Shown here piece after piece: positions 57,600-64,000 of a stretch of DNA of 64,000 nucleotides (its first letter is position 1; the number at the start of each line of letters is the position of its first letter). The notes below the pieces were generated by a model. That model worked only from the letters and a program-made list of their open reading frames with translations. It was not told the origin of the DNA and did no database searches. Origin of the DNA: Candidatus Parcubacteria bacterium (GTDB taxonomy: Bacteria > Patescibacteriota > Minisyncoccia > Phycocordibacterales > CAIZLB01); the NCBI GenBank assembly GCA_039795775.1, contig JBDKLC010000004.1:21982-85981 (forward strand), written 5' to 3'. Made by a program: the position numbers and the translations under genes.

Positions 57600-60410
57600 A
57601 TGGAAAAAATATTTTCTTCAAACGAACTTCCACAATTTAAATCTCCTGAAGAAGAACTCAACTATCTTCGACAAGTTGTTGCATCACGAGAATCAGCATC
57701 TCACAGCGAAGGGGAGAAGGTTGATCGTGCGGCAATCATTTCTGAAGAGCTCGCGCAGTATCGTGTTCAAGATGCCGACCGGGTACTTCACGAACACTTT
57801 AAAATTGCTGAAGCCGAGAAACAAGAAATAGTACTTGAGCTTTCACCAGAAACTCACGACAAAAAGATAGAAGAACTTCTTCCAATTCTCTACGAAAAAG
57901 GTATTTACAATACGCTTTCTATTATTGATGCGATGAATAGTCCTCACCTTGATGACGATTTTCACCGTTTTCTTATTGAATATATAAAGAAGGGCTATCC
58001 AGTGACGGGGCTTTCAGAAGATGCGCCTTTGTATAAAACGCTTACGCACACTCTCTACGAAGTAGCCCTCCCTGAAACAAAGAAAGAAGACCAAGCTAAA
58101 GCCCTCAAAGAGCTCTTGTCTTCTATGGAGCAGTTTTATGCAGGTATGCTTTCTGTAGCTCCAACAGCCAAAGGACACGGATTTAATGAATCTCAGTTTA
58201 CTATTGAGCTCGCAGTTGCCGATGGCAGCGATGAGTTTGTGTTTTATGTATCTGTCCCAAATGGCAAAACTGATCTGTTTGAAAAACAAATCCTTTCTAT
58301 TTTTGCCAATGCTCGTATTAGTGAAAAGAAGGACGATTACAATGTATTCAACTCAGAGGGTATTGCCGTTGCATCTGTTGCTACGCAAGCAAAGAATTCA
58401 ATTTTTCCAATAAAGACTTACGAAGGTTTTGACTATGATCCGCTCAACGTTATTTTGAATACACTTTCCAAGCTTGAAAAAACAGGAGAAGGTGCGGCAA
58501 TTCAAATTATTATCAATCCAGTAGGGGATTATTATGTAAAACACTACAAGGGTGCTCTCGATGAAATTCAAAAAGGTACAAGTGTAAGTAAGGCAATTGA
58601 TATTCAGCATTCATTCTGGGGAGAATTTAAAAAACTTGGACGAGATCTTGCTAAAGATTTGGTAAATGATGTTGTAAAAGGGGATAAGAAAAAGGATGAC
58701 AAACCTCCTGTTATTGATTCGATTGCCGTAGATCAGATTACAAAAAAAGTTTCTACTCCTATTGTAGAGACAAATATTCGAGTAGTTGCCTCTGCGTCGA
58801 GCCGGTCAAGAGCAGAACATATTATTTCTGATATCGAGTCTTCATTCAATCAGTTCCAAAACTCACTTGGAAATACATTGTCTTTCAAACGACAAGATGC
58901 TGGTTCACTCAAAAAAGCACTTCACAATTTCTCATATCGAATATTTACATCTGAAGAAGCCGTTCCATTGTCTCTTCATGAACTTACAAGTGTAATGCAC
59001 TTTCCAGTAGTAAGTTCTGGCTCATCACCACAACTCAAGCAGTCTAAAGCGGGAACAGCGCCAGCTCCACTCGATCTTCCAAAAGAAGGACTCTTCCTTG
59101 GTACAAACAAGCATCGAAACGTAGAAACTAAGGCATATATTGGCAAAGAGGACCGACTCAGACACTTCTATGCTATTGGGCAAACAGGTACAGGTAAGTC
59201 TACAATGCTCCGAAATATGATCATTCAGGATATAAAAGCCGGTCACGGCGTTTGTTTCATCGATCCGCACGGTTCAGATGTTCAAGATATTCTTTCTCAT
59301 ATTCCACCTGAACGGTACGACGACCTTATCTATTTTGATCCAAGTCATACTGATCGGCCTATGGCTCTCAACATGCTCGAATACAATCGAGATTTTCCAG
59401 AGCAAAAAACATTCGTAGTGAATGAGCTTTTTAGTATTTTCCAAAAACTGTACGGAGGTGTTCCCGAATCTATGGGGCCAATGTTCGAACAGTATTTCCG
59501 AAATGCGACTATGCTTGTTATCGAAGATCCGGATAGTGGTTCAACACTTCTCGATGTGTCACGAGTAATGGCGGTGAAAAGTTTCCGAGATATGAAGATT
59601 TCAAAGTGTAAAAACCCTGTGGTAGTACAGTTTTGGAAAGATATTGCTGAAAAAGCGGGTGGGGAAGGATCTCTTCAAAACATGGTGCCGTACATCACCA
59701 GTAAGTTCGACGTATTCTTGGCGAACGATATTATGCGACCAATCATCGCTCAAGAAAAATCTAGTTTCAACTTCCGTGAAATCATGGATTCAAAGAAGAT
59801 TCTTTTAGTAAATCTTGCAAAGGGCCGACTCGGTGATATCAACTCATCACTTATTGGTCTCATTCTCGTAGGTAAAATCCTTATGGCTGCACTTTCTCGA
59901 GTAGATTCGTTTGGTAAGGACATGAATGATTTCTATCTTTATATCGACGAGTTCCAGAACATTACGACACCATCTATTTCAACTATCCTTTCGGAAGCCC
60001 GAAAATACAAACTTTCGCTCAACATTGCGCATCAGTTTATTGCTCAGCTCGACGAAAAGATTAAAGACGCCGTGTTTGGTAACGTGGGCTCTATGGCTGT
60101 ATTCCGAGTCGGAGCAGAGGATGCTGAATTCCTCCAAAAGCAGTTTGAACCAGTATTTACAGCTAACGATATTATGAATATCGATAACATGAATGCATAT
60201 ATCAAAATGCTCTCACGTGGCCGACCAACCCGACCATTCAACATCGAATTTACATGGCCTCCAAAAGGAAATGAAAAGATTGTCGAAGACCTCAAACAGC
60301 TTTCGTATCTCAAGTATGGTCAGGATAGAGCAGAAGTAGAAGCCGCAGTAATGGAAAAATATAAAAAAGAACCTCTGATTCCGCGGCCATCACTGGTAGA
60401 TCAAAAGTAA
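57600..60410 (+). CDS. Soluble VirD4/TraG-like (FtsK-HerA superfamily) ATPase with ~500-aa uncharacterised N-terminal region
   Basis: 936 aa; Walker A GQTGTGKST, Walker B FYLYIDEFQN, TraG-D_C-like LNIAHQFIAQL...GNVGSMAVFRVGAED; no TM segments; TATAAT 11 nt upstream of ATG. Confidence 0.55.
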   Translation: MEKIFSSNELPQFKSPEEELNYLRQVVASRESASHSEGEKVDRAAIISEELAQYRVQDADRVLHEHFKIAEAEKQEIVLELSPETHDKKIEELLPILYEKGIYNTLSIIDAMNSPHLDDDFHRFLIEYIKKGYPVTGLSEDAPLYKTLTHTLYEVALPETKKEDQAKALKELLSSMEQFYAGMLSVAPTAKGHGFNESQFTIELAVADGSDEFVFYVSVPNGKTDLFEKQILSIFANARISEKKDDYNVFNSEGIAVASVATQAKNSIFPIKTYEGFDYDPLNVILNTLSKLEKTGEGAAIQIIINPVGDYYVKHYKGALDEIQKGTSVSKAIDIQHSFWGEFKKLGRDLAKDLVNDVVKGDKKKDDKPPVIDSIAVDQITKKVSTPIVETNIRVVASASSRSRAEHIISDIESSFNQFQNSLGNTLSFKRQDAGSLKKALHNFSYRIFTSEEAVPLSLHELTSVMHFPVVSSGSSPQLKQSKAGTAPAPLDLPKEGLFLGTNKHRNVETKAYIGKEDRLRHFYAIGQTGTGKSTMLRNMIIQDIKAGHGVCFIDPHGSDVQDILSHIPPERYDDLIYFDPSHTDRPMALNMLEYNRDFPEQKTFVVNELFSIFQKLYGGVPESMGPMFEQYFRNATMLVIEDPDSGSTLLDVSRVMAVKSFRDMKISKCKNPVVVQFWKDIAEKAGGEGSLQNMVPYITSKFDVFLANDIMRPIIAQEKSSFNFREIMDSKKILLVNLAKGRLGDINSSLIGLILVGKILMAALSRVDSFGKDMNDFYLYIDEFQNITTPSISTILSEARKYKLSLNIAHQFIAQLDEKIKDAVFGNVGSMAVFRVGAEDAEFLQKQFEPVFTANDIMNIDNMNAYIKMLSRGRPTRPFNIEFTWPPKGNEKIVEDLKQLSYLKYGQDRAEVEAAVMEKYKKEPLIPRPSLVDQK

Positions 60411-60501
60411 AGAAAATTAAAGGACAGCGACTATGAGACAAATCCCCGAAAAGGGGATTTTCCACATCTACAAATATAAAAAAGGTGTATAATCAAGGAC
60501 A

Positions 60502-61536
60502 ATGAAAGAGTCAAAGTTGTTACAATCTTCACAATCACTTCAAACACCTATCAAAAAGGAGATTGAAGCCGAGGTGTCACAACTTTCTAAACGACAATAT
60601 CTCCGATCAGCGATAGCAGCAGCAGGGGCTCTCACTATGGATGCCTTCTATCAGGATAGTGCACATAGCTCAACAGAATACACGACAGGACTTTTGTGGC
60701 TTCATGAAAAAGCATTGTCTGACGAAAAAGAACAAATTTCATTTTTCGTAGAAACTCCTACAAACAAAGAATGGATTAAACAAAAGCAGGGGAAGAGTCT
60801 TTGTGCCGAATTTGATATTCGAGAAATTACAAAGATAATTGCAGATCGACCTACATATCTCGAAATTGTTCACACACATACGTTAGCCGCTGTACAAGAA
60901 CCACAAAAACAGTATTTCAAAGGACGAGATATTTCCACACGAGAGATTGATGCGCTCGCACATCAGCCACCTACATTTATCGAAGTGCTCACTTCAAAAT
61001 ATTTCAATGAAATGTTTAAGGAATCAGGTGTAGATATTGTATATAAGATCGTGACACCACAAGGGGTATGGCGATACAGCATTGACCCTGAATCTGAGTT
61101 TATGGATCACTATTACATCTTTTCTCGAAGAGAAGATGATTTCATTCAGAAAGTTTCTCAGGATGATGCCGTAAAGATGTTCTTACAGCACAATCCAGGC
61201 ATTATGCACGATATGGAATTCGAAGATATTCGAAAACAGTTCCTCAGTCCTTCATCAAAGTTTTACGCTATTTTGCCTCATTATTTGAAACAAGAAGCTC
61301 ATACTCTCATGGCGTTCAAAAAAGAACATATTGACTCAAATCACGACTTCGAAGACATGATGGAACTCGAACACGATATGACCCTTCGAATGACATTTGC
61401 GTGTCCTGGAGAAAAGCAGAGAATCGTAAATGAGGACATCACATTGAAGAGACGACTTGGTATTGATCTCTCATTTACAGCAATCGAGCACATTCAGGCT
61501 GAGAAAGAAGCAAAAGTGGCAGAAGAAGATAAATAG
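60502..61536 (+). CDS. Hypothetical protein
   Basis: 344 aa, no recognisable motifs; co-directional with preceding ATPase gene. Confidence 0.4.
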   Translation: MKESKLLQSSQSLQTPIKKEIEAEVSQLSKRQYLRSAIAAAGALTMDAFYQDSAHSSTEYTTGLLWLHEKALSDEKEQISFFVETPTNKEWIKQKQGKSLCAEFDIREITKIIADRPTYLEIVHTHTLAAVQEPQKQYFKGRDISTREIDALAHQPPTFIEVLTSKYFNEMFKESGVDIVYKIVTPQGVWRYSIDPESEFMDHYYIFSRREDDFIQKVSQDDAVKMFLQHNPGIMHDMEFEDIRKQFLSPSSKFYAILPHYLKQEAHTLMAFKKEHIDSNHDFEDMMELEHDMTLRMTFACPGEKQRIVNEDITLKRRLGIDLSFTAIEHIQAEKEAKVAEEDK

Positions 61537-61595
61537 CAGTACGAAACCACCTTGGTCAAAGTGGTTTCTCTTATAAGATATGTTTTAATACAACC

Positions 61596-62201
61596 ATGAC
61601 AATTCATCACAAACCAGAGAGAACATTAGTAGTCATCAAACCAGACGGTGTTCAGCGAGCACTCATCGGGGAGATTATGCAGCGATATGAGCGAACAGGC
61701 CTCAAGCTTGTCGCTATAAAAATGCTTCAAGTAACTGGTGACTTTGTAGAAAAGCATTATACGCTCGACCCTCAGTGGAGACGAATAACAGGCGAAAAGA
61801 CAATTAAGGGATATCTCGACAAAGGAATGACTCCACCTACAACAGATCCTCTCGAAGTAACTGGTTTGTTGCTTGATAAACTAAAAAAATATATTACGAG
61901 TGGTCCGGTGATAGCAATGGTTTGGGAAGGTACACACGCGGTGCAGATTGTAAGAAAAATTACTGGAGGAACTGAACCTCTCACTGCATCTATTGGAAGT
62001 ATAAGAGGGGATTATCTTGTGGATTCATATGAAATGTCAGACTATTCGCAGCGATCTATTCGAAATCTTGTACACGCATCTGGAGCAGTCGCAGAAGCGG
62101 AAATGGAGATACCACACTGGTTCACAAAAGATGAATTAATTGACTATTCACACCACCGAGAACAGATTCTCTATTCAAAAGAGTTGAGCGACATATTTTA
62201 G
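61596..62201 (+). CDS. ndk: Nucleoside diphosphate kinase (long variant with internal insertion)
   Basis: ERTLVVIKPDGVQRALIGEIMQRYERTGLKLVAIKML N-terminal NDK signature, NLVHASG catalytic-His region; ~50 aa longer than typical. Confidence 0.7.
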   Translation: MTIHHKPERTLVVIKPDGVQRALIGEIMQRYERTGLKLVAIKMLQVTGDFVEKHYTLDPQWRRITGEKTIKGYLDKGMTPPTTDPLEVTGLLLDKLKKYITSGPVIAMVWEGTHAVQIVRKITGGTEPLTASIGSIRGDYLVDSYEMSDYSQRSIRNLVHASGAVAEAEMEIPHWFTKDELIDYSHHREQILYSKELSDIF

Positions 62202-62452
62202 TATTTGTCGACTCTTGCATTATTTTTTGACGGGTATATAAATAATATAGGACTGCTGAGGGCACATTGACTTAAGTTATATTTTTTTCAGGGAGTCCAG
62301 AGTAACAGTACGCCTTGGTGTACTGTTTAGGGCACCCACCTAGTTAATCGCTAGGTCAAATATCTCTTGGTAGTCCAAATAAAAACATCTCGCCTTCGGG
62401 TGAGGTGTTTTTGTTATATTTAACCCTTTCAAACAAACTTTGTTATAATCAA

Positions 62453-62842
62453 CGCATGTCTTTACGACTACGGCTTCTTTTCACGACATTCTTCATTTGT
62501 ATGTTATTTGCTGTTGATATTGTGGCAAATAAGCTGTATTTGTACTGGACATATACCTGGTTGGATAAAACTATGCATGTAATGGGTGGGTTTGCGGCCG
62601 GGCTTTTGGGGCTTATCTGTTATGAATATATGCGACGAAAGCCCGGCCGATTACTCACAGCTCTTATTGGGGCTTTGATTATCGGAAGTATGTGGGAACT
62701 CCTAGAGTACATTCTTCATATTTCACGGTTGGGCCCTCAATTTCTTATCGACACAGCATCGGATCTTACTATGGATATTATTGGCGGATTAATTGCTTAC
62801 CTTATATGGAAAAAACTTCCTCAACGAACACAACAACAATAA
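62453..62842 (+). CDS. Hypothetical small polytopic membrane protein (VanZ-like by architecture)
   Basis: start MSLRLRLLF within ORF 62405-62842; four hydrophobic helices. Confidence 0.4.
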   Translation, partial: RMSLRLRLLFTTFFICMLFAVDIVANKLYLYWTYTWLDKTMHVMGGFAAGLLGLICYEYMRRKPGRLLTALIGALIIGSMWELLEYILHISRLGPQFLIDTASDLTMDIIGGLIAYLIWKKLPQRTQQQ

Positions 62843-64000
62843 AGAATACAAAAGAACTCACTATCACGTTTTGTGGAGGTGTTGGTTCTGTAACGGGAGC
62901 AAATTTTTTACTCCAAGGACCTGACAAAGAAAACGTATATCGAAATATTTTAGTTGATTGCGGAATGGAACAGGGAAGTCATGACGCTGACGAATCAAAT
63001 CGAAAGTCTTTTATATATAATCCGGCGGAGATGGAGTTGTTGCTCATTACTCATGCGCACATGGATCACATCGGTCGGATCCCAAAACTGGTGCGTGATG
63101 GATTCAATGGCACAATTTACTCTTCACCTGAAACACAGAAGCTTGCTGTTATCATGCTTGAAGATTGTTTAAAAATTATTACACAGGAAGCTGAACGACA
63201 AAAAATTGATCCGTTGTTTGAATCAAAAGATGTAACAAAAGCCATTTCTCTTTGGAAATCAATTCCATATCACACAAAGACAGAGCTGTATCCTGGGTAT
63301 TCTGTTTATCTCAAAGACGCAGGACATGTTCTTGGGTCAACAATGTTTGAAATCACTTATTCAGGTCCAGCTACAGAAGCCCCTCGAAAGCTTGTATTTA
63401 CAGGCGACTTAGGAAATAGCCCAACACCACTTCTTAGAGATACTGAAGATATTACAGATGCTGACTATCTTGTTATGGAAAGTGTGTATGGTGACAGAAA
63501 TCACGAAGACCGAGAACATCGACTCGATAAATTCGAAGACGTCATTCAAGAAACAGCAAAGATCGGCGGTACTCTTATTATCCCAATCTTTTCACTTGAG
63601 AAATCTCAGGAAATGATTTATGAGCTCAATAATCTTGTTGAAGAACATCGAGTTCCACCAATGCCTGTGTACTTGGATTCGCCGCTCGCAATCAAAATCA
63701 CTGAGGTGTATAAGCAGATGATTGATGACTTCAACGCTACAGCCCAAGAGAAAGCTAAGCACGACGACTTGTTCAAGTTTAAGAATCTTCACTTTGTAAA
63801 TACAAGCGAAGAATCAAAAGCGATCAAGGACGTACCATCTCCAAAGATCATTATGGCTGGTTCAGGTATGTCGAATGGAGGACGAGTACTTCATCATGAA
63901 CTCAACTATCTCTCTGACCCAAAGACTATTTTGCTTCTCGTGGGCTATCAGGCTGTAGGTACTCTGGGTAGACACATTCAAGATGGAGCGAGCGTTGTAA
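62806..64000 (+). CDS. MBL-fold beta-CASP RNA-metabolising hydrolase (RNase J-like), 3' partial at window edge
   Basis: Open frame from ATG 62806 to window end (not in ORF track because no stop); ITHAHMDHIGRIP (HxHxDH) MBL motif and beta-CASP-like downstream region; 5' end overlaps previous gene by 37 nt. Confidence 0.7.
   Translation, partial: MEKTSSTNTTTIKNTKELTITFCGGVGSVTGANFLLQGPDKENVYRNILVDCGMEQGSHDADESNRKSFIYNPAEMELLLITHAHMDHIGRIPKLVRDGFNGTIYSSPETQKLAVIMLEDCLKIITQEAERQKIDPLFESKDVTKAISLWKSIPYHTKTELYPGYSVYLKDAGHVLGSTMFEITYSGPATEAPRKLVFTGDLGNSPTPLLRDTEDITDADYLVMESVYGDRNHEDREHRLDKFEDVIQETAKIGGTLIIPIFSLEKSQEMIYELNNLVEEHRVPPMPVYLDSPLAIKITEVYKQMIDDFNATAQEKAKHDDLFKFKNLHFVNTSEESKAIKDVPSPKIIMAGSGMSNGGRVLHHELNYLSDPKTILLLVGYQAVGTLGRHIQDGASVV

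Noticed and set aside
1-64000. Possible alternative genetic code (UGA recoding as in SR1/Gracilibacteria)
   Set aside because: All ribosomal proteins, EF-G, EF-Tu and SecY are full length under the standard code without in-frame TGA interruptions.
1-64000. CRISPR arrays, rRNA genes, transposases/IS elements
   Set aside because: No regularly spaced direct repeats, no rRNA-like conserved stretches and no transposase-like ORFs were seen. The only recombinase (1236-2129) looks like a housekeeping XerC/D and has no flanking repeats.

Overview
This 64-kb window is a low-GC (~40-43%) bacterial chromosomal segment, read under the standard genetic code with full-length genes. It is densely packed with housekeeping genes. 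In order they are: rpsO, a XerC/D-family recombinase, xth, cca, four tRNAs (Arg-TCG, Gly-GCC, Pro-TGG, Gly-TCC), a YraN-like nuclease, hup, rny, clpP, rsmE, tig, ppa, nusA, tpiA, pgk, recJ, rnhA, comEC, sodA, rpmB, the str operon (rpsL-rpsG-fusA-tuf) and the S10/spc ribosomal cluster from rpsJ to secY. After secY come adk, map, ndk and the start of an MBL/beta-CASP RNA-metabolising hydrolase. Ribosomal protein L30 is absent between rpsE and rplO, and infA/rpmJ/rpsM/rpsK/rpoA do not follow map. Most genes lack a Shine-Dalgarno sequence and many have a -10 element a few nt upstream of the ATG. The ribosomal proteins are intact and recognisable but several (L4, S19, S5) carry low-complexity extensions. 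Together these traits suggest, by inference only, a reduced Patescibacteria/CPR-type genome. Accessory content stands out against this backbone. (i) A ~10-kb type IV pilus locus at 18.1-28.0 kb holds pilB, pilC, two or three prepilin-like genes including a ~600-aa large pilin, and several unannotatable secreted proteins. One of these is built from a tandem [TS]G[WY]AWS[DE]x[IV]GW[LV]SFN repeat. (ii) Three compositionally foreign GC-rich genes lie at 8.1-8.7 kb, 15.5-17.9 kb and about 54.0-54.5 kb. Each ends in a GC-rich hairpin terminator unlike the host terminators. The largest encodes a 784-aa secreted Ig-like/FN3 adhesin-like protein with a perfect SD. (iii) comEC is split into a channel-domain gene and a separate membrane-anchored MBL nuclease-domain gene, with sodA inserted between them on the opposite strand. 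(iv) RNase HI carries a C-terminal hybrid-binding (Cauli_VI-type) domain. (v) A 936-aa soluble VirD4/TraG-like ATPase with a ~500-aa unknown N-terminal region plus a 344-aa unknown protein sit where infA-rpsM-rpoA would be expected. (vi) There are several structured non-coding regions: a promoter- and terminator-bounded candidate sRNA or riboswitch at ~62.2-62.4 kb, a ~550-nt leader with a strong promoter upstream of tuf, and hairpin-rich spacers inside the ribosomal operon. No CRISPR array, rRNA or transposase was seen.
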